Positions 37,501 to 45,237 of a stretch of DNA of 64,000 bases are shown here, one piece after another (positions within the stretch are counted from its first letter, which is position 1; each line of letters starts with the position of its first letter). Below the pieces are notes generated by a model that was not told the DNA's origin, searched no databases, and saw nothing but the letters and a program-made list of their open reading frames with translations. The stretch comes from a bacterium (GTDB taxonomy: Bacteria > J088 > JAWLBW01). Both the position numbers and the translations under genes were made by a program. Where the stretch lies: positions 4,703 to 68,702 of the forward strand of contig JAWLBW010000001.1 in the NCBI GenBank assembly GCA_041687475.1. Reading direction: 5' to 3'.

Positions 37501-37696
37501 TGCGGCTTTGCGTGTGTTGCTTCGTCAGAACTGCGCCAATCTGCTTCTCGGCCGCATCAAGGTTACGCTCGGTAAGCAGCAATCTGAGCTCGGTTTCATC
37601 GTACGAAATCCGTGCCGAAGGTTCGTAGGCGGCGAGCCGTAGTGGCGGAGATGCCAGGAAAATCGCTACGCTCAAGAAGACACGGCGCACGATCAT
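34508..37696 (-). CDS. Large TPR-repeat protein (1062 aa), exported
   Basis: N-terminal signal/anchor MIVRRVFLSVAIFLASPPLRLAA. TPR-like repeats throughout (W/Y-L-G-A-Y-A spacing). ATGA overlap with the upstream gene. Confidence 0.65.
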   Translation of the reverse strand: MIVRRVFLSVAIFLASPPLRLAAYEPSARISYDETELRLLLTERNLDAAEKQIGAVLTKQHTQSRNAIEKRYEALRVPLETETAKQRRVAEARLESFVSNHADSPQVSEALLRLAVLQMESADQHYAEQMNRYLALPDETEKRQPRKNYGTALATLERLLAGKGGADNRAIAWYLKGYALQEMGEERRAVLAFEELLAESAESRLRAEILVRIGDYHFDRHRIASAARFYEAALAEEGPWMDRAIYKLAWSLYRQNAYAEAISTFTRLADMGRERPDLLNEAMQYLAISYVEGMGLSQALEDMENRGQRSYDDRLLRRIADIFYESTDFMSAVSAYTVAQARWPEAPENLRAAGRKVQSLHQMREKVTAVNERRRLATQFLPGSAWYAANATRATLREKADALVERYLFEYSTFHHEQWGDGNDASRKPAEEGYRLYLAHFPEHARAGQINFYLAELLYDRKAYADALSHYTLVARTAPDPTTGIAHTAAYNSVLAARRLYEQNPTNIDRLVEVSRQYADLLPTDENTPRVLYHAGHELCRQGLEDACRGSLSAMIESYPYSPLVLDAIRTVIDSYAKEERYGDLADWADRLLERGLPADKVARRYVLDMVGGAMFREAHAKDRLGDAEEAATRYLAVYRRYPATPAGVAALFNAAYNYEKAGHTIKALDLYASILERHGKEKFASRAAFRRGHILQNALDHRRAIAAYALVVEKYPRSEEAADALFNVASLSGLIGEHRQAARFFEQHWNNYGRSATEASDTLLRAAVQWEAAGETAQAVERYKSFAASRSDDKKAPFAAYSAAMLVKGGEQKRLLQQAVALENRLRDQGEPDLWTAGAARFALAELERERYRAIVLPRNMDRLASILENKATRLKNLQASYTRVVEAGHPHWAVAALFRIGEAYAHFAESLFSAPTPDGLSSEEAEIYKFELEEKALPVEDKAFEAWNLALERAGDLKMENEWTGRIRAALSTQPSRVRLLTDGLSPHLLAAKDKGHEPVPMIAAVRTSSEEVAADGLDGNMVGTKRLRGLLGKVLREQHTFFHDDDLVFRTAEGREALQ

Positions 37697-40269
37697 TGCT
37701 TTCCTCCCTCGACTGCGATACCGAATGCCGGCGCCCCCTGGTCATCGGTTTTCAGGTCCAGCCGATAGCGGCGACCACGTACGAATTCGTAATACAACGA
37801 CCCGGCCACCCGCACTTCTTCGGCTCCGTCGTCGAAGACGAGTAGAATGTTGACCGTGTGTGGACCAGGTTGGAGGAACGTCGCCTCTGCGACCCCTCGC
37901 TCTACTGTGAGGGGGCGGTGGTCTACCGTTATCCGCGCTCCCGTGAGATTGCCCCAGGGTGCATCTGCAGGCGCGTAAAAACGGAGGGCGGTTGCGTCGT
38001 GCCTGGCCATGTCGCGGTCCATCTCCAGTGCATTCCGGAGATGTCGGTTCAGGCGGGCCTGAAAAATGCGCTGTTCCGACAGGGCCTGCGCCTGTGCCGA
38101 TGCGCGTCGATCGGCGGCCTCGATGCGGGGTTGCAGTCGAGACGGCGCTTCCGTTTCGCCCGAAACGGAAGCAGGACTCCGTATGGCGGCCTGAAGCTCA
38201 CGGTGTGTCTCGCCAATCGCCTCCAGGTCATTCTGCTCGAGTGCCGAGAGGGCCCTTACCCGCTCGACCGACTGTTCGCGTGCCTTCCAGGCTACGTCTA
38301 CGCTGCCGAGTTTGGCGTCGGCCACAAGACTACCGACCGCATCGTTGATGGCGAGCGCGGCGGCCAGAGTCATTTCGCCTCGAAGTTCCTGCGCATCGAC
38401 GGAGAGCGTGGCGGCCTGCCCACGCATTTCCTGCAGTTCGGCATACATTCTGACGACATGCGGGCGCATCTGCTCGGCCGATGCACGACGCCGGGTCTCG
38501 AGAGTGGCCCGGACCGCTCCCAACTCATAGTGCGCACTCTGCAGCTGGTTGTGCAGTTTACGCAGACCGGCTATTTGGGCCCGGCTGTACGCCTGTTCGA
38601 GAACATCGAGCAGGGTGCCGATTACCTGCATCGAACTACCCGCCAGCGCGCGCCGAGCATCGTTGATTCGCACTTCGTTGCTGTCCATCTGTGAGAATAT
38701 GGCATTGACGGCATCGGCGGCAGGCATGCCGTCTCGACCGGAACGGCCGGTTTCCATGGTCAGGGCCTGCATGTATCGACTTCCTTCGGCGTATTGCAGA
38801 AGATGGATCAGGTCGCGCCGCTTCTCGGTCGTTTTCTCGCCCAGATGCGCCAGCTCGGCTCGCTGGATGTCGAGGTCGGACAACAAGGTCAATGCCTCCT
38901 GGAATCGCAGTGCATCGCGACCGCCCAGCCTTGCTCCGAGCCGTTTGGCGGTGCGCACCAATTCGCTCTCCATGCCGGACACCGAGCGGGAAAGCTCTTG
39001 CTGACGCGCCAGTAGACGTTGCGCGCTCTTCGGCTCACCCCAGGTGTTTTCGGCAAGGAGCTGCACGGCGTGCAATGTCGTCATAACGTCGAAGAGCTGC
39101 CGGTTCAGGTTGTCCATGCCGCGAACGAGTCTGTCGGCTTCCTGAACCTGCGGCTGCTCACGCAGCCAGGCCAGCAGTTCGATGTCCTGCCGTGCCTCTT
39201 CCGAAAAGTCTCCCGTGAGGTTGTCGAGCAGCATGTCGTAGATTTCGGCCGGCCGTTCGTGGGCCTGCAGATCGACAATGCGGTCGTTCACGGCTCCGTA
39301 GTGGGCGATGTAGGACGCGAATCTCTGTTGTGCCTGGGTGAAGGCTTCACCCTCGAGCAGAAGGTACCCATACAGAAGGCGTGCCTTCGGCAGAAGTCGG
39401 CTGAGCGGTCTGTCGAGCGCGAGCCGCAGTAGTTGTGTCTGGGCTCTTTCCGTCTCGCCGCGTGCCAGTTCGACCCATGCTCCTTCGTAAAGCGCACGAT
39501 CGTAGTAGGGAGATTTTTCTTCAAGAGTCGAGTACCACGCATGGGCCTGAGCGTAATCGCCCGCTTTGAAATACAGCCTGCCCAGAGCCAATACCGAAAG
39601 GTCGAAGAGGTCTGAATTGGGTGCGGTTTTTTGGGTAACCGTCGTGAAACGGTCTGCGGCGGCTTGCGCCGATCCGTCGAGCAGGGCTAAAACGCCCAGG
39701 AAGTATTCGGCTTCGGCATCGGCATCGGCGCTGGCCAGCTCGGCGAATACGGTCTGGGCATGTTCCGTCGCACCGTGGGAAAAAGCGGTACGGGCTGCCT
39801 CCAGAAGAAGGGAGCGCTCCGTTTCGTCGGTGGCCTGCCTGCGATACGCAGCCAACGCTTCGAATGCCGGTTCGATTCTTCCGGTGCGCAGTTCGAGCCT
39901 CGTCAGTGCCGCCAGGGCCTGGAGCCTGAGGGGGCCACTTGCGAGCGACAGGTCTTCGAGCAGTCTTCGGGCGCTGCCGTAAAGGCCGCTTTCGAGGTAG
40001 GCCTGCGCAAGCGTCCAGCGGGCAGTTTCTCCGGTGGCCGTTCCGGCGTAGGTAGATTCCCGCAACACGTTCAGCAGCGGCGCGATGGCCTGCACGGGTT
40101 CTCCGCCGGCGAGGTAGCTTCGCGCAAGACGAATCTGGTCATCGCCGTAATATGGTGGCGGAGCAGCCTTCGTGTGCCCCGGGAACACGAGTACTCCAGC
40201 CAGTGAGATGGCGACGGCAGCCAGAAAGTATGTCACTCTTTGCCTTCGCGACATGCTGCATCTCCACAT
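37693..40269 (-). CDS. TPR plus long coiled-coil plus C-terminal beta-domain protein (858 aa)
   Basis: N-terminal TM/signal. About 350 aa of TPR, then about 350 aa of heptad-rich Q/E/R/A/L sequence. The last ~100 aa are beta-rich with LQPGPHTVNILLVF...YRLDL. Confidence 0.6.
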   Translation of the reverse strand: MWRCSMSRRQRVTYFLAAVAISLAGVLVFPGHTKAAPPPYYGDDQIRLARSYLAGGEPVQAIAPLLNVLRESTYAGTATGETARWTLAQAYLESGLYGSARRLLEDLSLASGPLRLQALAALTRLELRTGRIEPAFEALAAYRRQATDETERSLLLEAARTAFSHGATEHAQTVFAELASADADAEAEYFLGVLALLDGSAQAAADRFTTVTQKTAPNSDLFDLSVLALGRLYFKAGDYAQAHAWYSTLEEKSPYYDRALYEGAWVELARGETERAQTQLLRLALDRPLSRLLPKARLLYGYLLLEGEAFTQAQQRFASYIAHYGAVNDRIVDLQAHERPAEIYDMLLDNLTGDFSEEARQDIELLAWLREQPQVQEADRLVRGMDNLNRQLFDVMTTLHAVQLLAENTWGEPKSAQRLLARQQELSRSVSGMESELVRTAKRLGARLGGRDALRFQEALTLLSDLDIQRAELAHLGEKTTEKRRDLIHLLQYAEGSRYMQALTMETGRSGRDGMPAADAVNAIFSQMDSNEVRINDARRALAGSSMQVIGTLLDVLEQAYSRAQIAGLRKLHNQLQSAHYELGAVRATLETRRRASAEQMRPHVVRMYAELQEMRGQAATLSVDAQELRGEMTLAAALAINDAVGSLVADAKLGSVDVAWKAREQSVERVRALSALEQNDLEAIGETHRELQAAIRSPASVSGETEAPSRLQPRIEAADRRASAQAQALSEQRIFQARLNRHLRNALEMDRDMARHDATALRFYAPADAPWGNLTGARITVDHRPLTVERGVAEATFLQPGPHTVNILLVFDDGAEEVRVAGSLYYEFVRGRRYRLDLKTDDQGAPAFGIAVEGGKQ

Positions 40270-40272
40270 GGG

Positions 40273-40953
40273 TCACTGCACCGCAAACCTGAGAACGGGG
40301 CGTTCCCGCAGGTTCTTGCTTCCGCCCTGATCGACGGCTTCGACGCTCAGTTCGACCGCTTTTCCGCGGGGCGTCGAAAAGTGATACTGGCTTCGCATGT
40401 CGAAAGAGTACTGTTCCATATAGGTGAAGACGCCGTAACCGGTGGCCCTGAGGGTGTAGATGGCGTCAATGGTATGGTTACCGGGTAGCACGCTCGCATC
40501 GAAAACGACGAACTGTGGGTTGGCGCCGATACGCTTGGGGTCGTTGTTCGTGTATACGGTAAAGCCGTCAAGCTTGTATTCGATGCTTTCGATTTCGAAG
40601 GCGCCGCCGAGTTGGTTGTCGTGCACGATCAGAAGTTTGGTGCCCGTGACGAAACCCTGAGAGATGTCTTCTCCCAGGGTCAGAATTCGGCTCTTCAAAT
40701 CCTGAATCTGGCCCTGCAGGGCATGCATGCGCTCTTCGACGTTTTCGAGTCTGGGATGCGAGTCTCGTTTCTTCACGCTCTCGCCCAGCTCGGAACTGAC
40801 CCTGACATTCTCCAGCCCGGCCGTTTCAGGATCGCTCGTCGACGTGACGCCCGCAGAGTGCGGCTCGGCGCGGGCGCTGTCGGGAATACGGGCTCCAAGG
40901 CTCAGGAGAACGGCAAGAACGGCCAGAATGAAAATGCTACGGCTGAAAGTCAT
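40273..40953 (-). CDS. Membrane-anchored coiled-coil protein whose C-terminal beta-domain is related to that of the 858 aa protein
   Basis: TM anchor MTFSRSIFILAVLAVLLSLG. Coiled coil ENVEERMHALQGQIQDLKSRIL. C-terminal LPGNHTIDAIYTL...YHFST. First gene of the operon. Confidence 0.5.
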   Translation of the reverse strand: MTFSRSIFILAVLAVLLSLGARIPDSARAEPHSAGVTSTSDPETAGLENVRVSSELGESVKKRDSHPRLENVEERMHALQGQIQDLKSRILTLGEDISQGFVTGTKLLIVHDNQLGGAFEIESIEYKLDGFTVYTNNDPKRIGANPQFVVFDASVLPGNHTIDAIYTLRATGYGVFTYMEQYSFDMRSQYHFSTPRGKAVELSVEAVDQGGSKNLRERPVLRFAVQ

Positions 40954-41099
40954 GAATCCCCCCCAGAGACTAACCCGGCGGCCACCCATAAGGCAGCCAC
41001 ACACTCTCCAGCTTACGCCCGGCTTGCCGTTTCGTCAATAACTTGACCGATGACGGGGCGTCGTTTTAAGCTGGCTGAAGATAAGACTTTGGAGGAAGC

Positions 41100-42047
41100 A
41101 TGCATCTGGTAACAGGCGGGGCGGGATTCATAGGCTCGCATCTGGTAGAGGCGCTCCTGAAGGAAGGAAAGCGGGTCAGGGTGGTCGACAACTTCTCCAG
41201 CGGTCGTGTCGAGAACCTGCGGCCTTTCCTCAAGGACATTGAATTGCTGACAGGCGACGTTTCCGATGAAAGCGCGGCACGTGCGGCGGCTAAGGGAGTC
41301 GAGGTGGTGTTTCACCAGGCGGCTCTGCCCTCGGTACCTCGGTCCATTCAGCAACCCGTGGCTTCGCACCAGGCCAATGCCACCGGCACGCTGCAGATGC
41401 TGCAGGCCGCAACGCAGGCCGGGGTACGGCGTTTCGTCTATGCAGCCAGCTCGTCGGCCTACGGCGACACGCCCACGCTTCCGAAAATCGAAACCATGCC
41501 GCCCCGGCCCCGCTCGCCCTATGTGGCCGCCAAGCTTACGGGCGAACTCTACTGCCAGTCCTATTATCATGTGCACGGTCTGGAAACAGTCTGCCTGCGC
41601 TACTTCAACATCTTCGGGCCGAGACAAGATCCGGAATCGCCTTATGCCGCCGTAATTCCGCGTTTTCTCGAAGCTCTGCTGTCGGGGCACTCACCCGTCA
41701 TCTTCGGCGACGGAAACCAGACGCGTGATTTCACCTTTATCGAAAATGCCGTCCAGGCCAACCTGCGGGCGGCCGAAGCCGAAGGGGTTGGCGGAGAGGT
41801 ATTCAACGTCGCATGCGGAAAGCGGGTGTCATTGAACCACTTGCTCGAAATGCTTCAGGTTGAAACCGGCGTTCGCATCTCGGCCACCTTCGGCGAGCCG
41901 CGCCCGGGCGACGTTCGAGACTCCCTGGCTTCGATCGACAAGGCCCGCGAAAGGTTGGGCTACCGGCCTTCCATTGATGTCAAAGAAGGCATTGCCCGCA
42001 CGGTTGCGTGGTTCACGCAGACCACGGGGCTGCGCAGGGCTGCTTGA
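41100..42047 (+). CDS. NAD-dependent sugar epimerase/dehydratase (UDP-hexose 4-epimerase-like)
   Basis: GGAGFIGSHL Rossmann motif, catalytic S..YxxxK (YVAAK), 315 aa. Confidence 0.8.
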   Translation: MHLVTGGAGFIGSHLVEALLKEGKRVRVVDNFSSGRVENLRPFLKDIELLTGDVSDESAARAAAKGVEVVFHQAALPSVPRSIQQPVASHQANATGTLQMLQAATQAGVRRFVYAASSSAYGDTPTLPKIETMPPRPRSPYVAAKLTGELYCQSYYHVHGLETVCLRYFNIFGPRQDPESPYAAVIPRFLEALLSGHSPVIFGDGNQTRDFTFIENAVQANLRAAEAEGVGGEVFNVACGKRVSLNHLLEMLQVETGVRISATFGEPRPGDVRDSLASIDKARERLGYRPSIDVKEGIARTVAWFTQTTGLRRAA

Positions 42048-42071
42048 GGCCTTGCCTTTCGACTCGGAGTC

Positions 42072-42108
42072 AATCCGGCCGCCGGGATAGCCCGGGGCCG
42101 GATTTTCA
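42072..42108. terminator. GC-rich hairpin between the convergent epimerase and MshEN genes
   Basis: AATCCGGCCGCCGGG-atag-CCCGGGGCCGGATT followed by TTT. Confidence 0.4.
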
Positions 42109-43128
42109 GGCTTGAACGGCGGCCTTCATCGGGTAATGACGCTCGATGAGGGTACGCACGATGGCGCGGGGGCTCACAATAGGCATGATGTTGTAGCCGC
42201 TTTCCCTGCCCGCGACCTGGGAGACGAGCCTGTTTTCCGGGTCGGCCGTGAGTACGAGCAGGTTGCCTTCGTGAATCGCCAGCGGAAGAATGAGCAGTTT
42301 ACGCGCCGTGCCCGGAAGAATCAGCTTCAGAATGTCCGGTGAAACCGCGATCGGGTGATACGGATCAACAGTCGCGCACTGTGCATGACGGCTGAGGTAA
42401 CGCGACACCGTTCTCGCGTCGATAAGGTTGTCTTCCATCAGCGCTTCGCCTACATGCATGCGAGGGTGCTTCGCCCGGGCGTTTTCGATCTCGGCCTGGG
42501 TGACCAGGCCATCTTCGATCAGCATGTCGCCGAGACGTTCGGCACTCGAGCCCTTGCGCCGACGCACGTACGCGAGGGTGATGCCTCCGGCGGTGAAGAG
42601 AATCAGGTCGCGGCCGACCTCATCCTTGAACCCTTCAAGAAAAGGCCGTTCCTCGACCTTGGAGGGGTCGACATGGTTCGAGAAGAAGTCGGTCGGAACC
42701 TGCAGAAGATCGCGGCGATACTGGTGATACAGCGACTCGGGAAGAATGCGCACAATGACTTCCTTGCGCATCAGGTCGGCAACGTCGCTGACGGTTGAGG
42801 CCTGAGGAAGGTCCATCGCGCCGATCAGAAGCCGCTTGGGAGACGCCGCTATGGGCACGATGTTCTTCTGCAGGGCAAACTGACGGGGAAACATGGCGAC
42901 TACGTTGAGTCGGGCGTTGATTTCCTCACCCATGCGCAGCAGGGGCAAGCCATGAGCGCGATTCAGAAGGTTTGCCAGCGTATAGCGGCTGATCACACCC
43001 ATGTCGAACAGGTGGGTTCCAAGGCGTCCGCCGATTTCGCGCTGACGGGCAAGGGCCTGTTGAAGAACATCATCGGTAATGAGGTTCTGTGAGAGAAGCC
43101 GTTCTCCGGTTTTCAACGCGTATCCCAT
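42106..43128 (-). CDS. Protein built from tandem GspE-N/MshEN-type modules, a putative c-di-GMP receptor
   Basis: Residues 6-58: KTGERLLSQNLITDDVLQQALARQ, REIGG, then RLGTHLFDMGVISRYTLANLLNRA (24+5+24). A second, more degenerate module follows at 198-248 (RLGDMLIEDGLVTQAEIENARAKH ... HVGEALMEDNLIDARTVSRYLSRH). Confidence 0.6.
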   Translation of the reverse strand: MGYALKTGERLLSQNLITDDVLQQALARQREIGGRLGTHLFDMGVISRYTLANLLNRAHGLPLLRMGEEINARLNVVAMFPRQFALQKNIVPIAASPKRLLIGAMDLPQASTVSDVADLMRKEVIVRILPESLYHQYRRDLLQVPTDFFSNHVDPSKVEERPFLEGFKDEVGRDLILFTAGGITLAYVRRRKGSSAERLGDMLIEDGLVTQAEIENARAKHPRMHVGEALMEDNLIDARTVSRYLSRHAQCATVDPYHPIAVSPDILKLILPGTARKLLILPLAIHEGNLLVLTADPENRLVSQVAGRESGYNIMPIVSPRAIVRTLIERHYPMKAAVQA

Positions 43129-43146
43129 TCCTAACCTCCCCTGTTC

Positions 43147-43908
43147 TTACCTTGCCGTCTGGCCGCCGTCGATGAGCAGGACTTCACCGGTCATGTAGTC
43201 GCTTGCCTGCGAGGCGAGGTAAACTGCAAGAGGGCCGAGTTCCGCGTCGCGCCCGAACCTTCTGGCCGGAATCTTTCGCAGCATCGCCGTTGAAACGGCT
43301 TCGCTTTCCCGACCCTCTGCCGTCATCTCGGTTTCAAAGTAGCCTGGTGCGATGGCGTTTACCTGAATGTTATACCTGGCCCATTCAATTGCCAAGGTAC
43401 GGGTGAGTTGAATCAGGCCGCCTTTGGTGGCACAGTAGGCGGCGAGTCCGGGCTCGCCCACGGTTCCGAACATCGAGGCGACCTGAATGATCTTGCCCCT
43501 GCCTGCCTGGCGCATCGGCTTGAATGCCGCCTGGCTGAAAAGGAACGGAGCCGTCAGATTGACTCCGAGGGTGCGTTCCCATTCTGTAAGAGGCATTTCA
43601 TGCGAGGGTGCGGTTACCGCAATTCCCGCATTATTGACGAGAACGTCCAGGGCCCCGAAGGCTTGAAGACAGGCTGAAACCGCCTTCTCAGGAAAAGACG
43701 TATCGGCGACGTCTCCGGTCACAAATTCGGCGGTGCTACCCCGTGCGCGTATTTCCCGGGCCGTTTCCTCGAGCCCCTCGCTGCTCCGGGCGACAAGAAA
43801 AAGGCGGGCGCCCGCTTCGGCAAGGGAAAGGGCCATGCTTTTTCCGAGACCGCGGCTGGCCCCGGTAACAAGCGCCGTCTTACCCGATAAATCGATTGTA
43901 AAAGCCAT
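43147..43908 (-). CDS. Short-chain dehydrogenase/reductase (KduD/FabG-like)
   Basis: TGASRGLGKS glycine motif, NNAG, catalytic YxxxK (YCATK). Confidence 0.75.
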   Translation of the reverse strand: MAFTIDLSGKTALVTGASRGLGKSMALSLAEAGARLFLVARSSEGLEETAREIRARGSTAEFVTGDVADTSFPEKAVSACLQAFGALDVLVNNAGIAVTAPSHEMPLTEWERTLGVNLTAPFLFSQAAFKPMRQAGRGKIIQVASMFGTVGEPGLAAYCATKGGLIQLTRTLAIEWARYNIQVNAIAPGYFETEMTAEGRESEAVSTAMLRKIPARRFGRDAELGPLAVYLASQASDYMTGEVLLIDGGQTAR

Positions 43909-43954
43909 CGACGAGAGTATAGCCGAAAGCAGGAGCGGGTGAAACCCGAGCGGG

Positions 43955-44347
43955 TCAGTTCGAAGCCGGCTCGGCCTCGGCAAGGTGGCGCCGAATCGTA
44001 GCAAGGAACTGATCGATGTCGATGGGCTTGGTTACGTAGTCGTTGGCGCCGCAGGCGAGTCCCGCCTCAATTTCTTCCGGACTGTTGCGTACGGATACGA
44101 AAACGACGGGTATGCGACGATATTCGGGGTGCGCCTTGATGGCCTTGCAGAGTTCGTAGCCGTCGACCCAGGGCAGCATGATGTCGAGCAGAATCAGGTC
44201 GGGACGGTCGACGCGTATGCGCGAGATGAGCTTGATGCCGTTGGCGGCCGTAAGCACGTCGTATTGCTCACTCTCGAGGGTGGCCCGCAGAAATTCGCGC
44301 ACGTCCGGGTCGTCTTCGACCAGCAATATTTTTTTGGGGTTCGACAT
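43955..44347 (-). CDS. Stand-alone response-regulator receiver domain protein
   Basis: 130 aa REC domain: acidic pocket LLVEDD, phospho-acceptor LILLDIMLP, S/T FVSV, K in VTKP. ATG at 44347 verified. Confidence 0.75.
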   Translation of the reverse strand: MSNPKKILLVEDDPDVREFLRATLESEQYDVLTAANGIKLISRIRVDRPDLILLDIMLPWVDGYELCKAIKAHPEYRRIPVVFVSVRNSPEEIEAGLACGANDYVTKPIDIDQFLATIRRHLAEAEPASN

Positions 44348-44631
44348 TATCCTGCAATCTGCCCTGACGAAAGATAGAACAACATAGTCTCTGCCTTTCC
44401 CTTTGTCAACCGGAATCGCCGAAACCTCGACGGCGATGCCGATGAAGGCTGTTGTATTCCGCCCCGCAAGCGGGTAGAATTCACCTGCAGAGACGATACC
44501 TCGGGCAATCGGGCCCGGCTGCCCGGCGGGCAGGTGCAAGGGGGCCGGGCGGCCATGAGCGCAATGGGGTCATCGTCACTCGTCAGTACCCTATAATGCA
44601 CTTAGGTGGGGAAACCCGCAGGAGACGACCG

Positions 44632-45180
44632 ATGGAATGGGTCATGCTCGCAATCATCGCTTTCGGTGTCATCGCCGTGGTTGTCATGTACAACCGCCTG
44701 GTGGCAGCTCGGAATCAGGTGCGGAATCTCTGGCGTCAGATTGATGTGCAGCTCAAGCGACGCTACGACCTGATTCCCAATCTGGTCAACGCCGTTCGCG
44801 ACGTCATGTCATTCGAGCAGGACACGCTTACGCAGGTCATCGAAGCGCGCGGCAAGGCGGTGCAGGCCCGGAACCCGGGCGAAAAGGCGCAAGCCGATTC
44901 GTTGGTGACCCAGGCCCTCGGAAGTCTGCTTGCGGTGGTAGAACGGTATCCCGAACTCAAGAGCCATCAGAACGTGCAGCAACTGACGGCCGAACTCTCG
45001 ACCACGGAAAACCTCATTGCAGGCGTACGGGTGCAATACAACAACGCGGTGCGCGATTACACGAACATGCGTGAGGTTGTTCCCTCGAACTTCGTGGCCG
45101 CCCTCTTCAAGTTCGAGCCCGAAGCCTACTTCGAGGCAAGTGAACAGGATAAAGCGACGCCGAGAGTGGCTCTGCGCTGA
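44632..45180 (+). CDS. lemA: LemA-family membrane protein
   Basis: N-terminal TM followed by LemA pattern YNRLV..RNQV...W.QIDVQLKRRYDLIPNLV. Confidence 0.75.
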   Translation: MEWVMLAIIAFGVIAVVVMYNRLVAARNQVRNLWRQIDVQLKRRYDLIPNLVNAVRDVMSFEQDTLTQVIEARGKAVQARNPGEKAQADSLVTQALGSLLAVVERYPELKSHQNVQQLTAELSTTENLIAGVRVQYNNAVRDYTNMREVVPSNFVAALFKFEPEAYFEASEQDKATPRVALR

Positions 45181-45237
45181 GTTTCGCGCCGTTCGCACCC
45201 CGCCCTGGCCTTACAGGACTACGGGTAGCGACATCGA

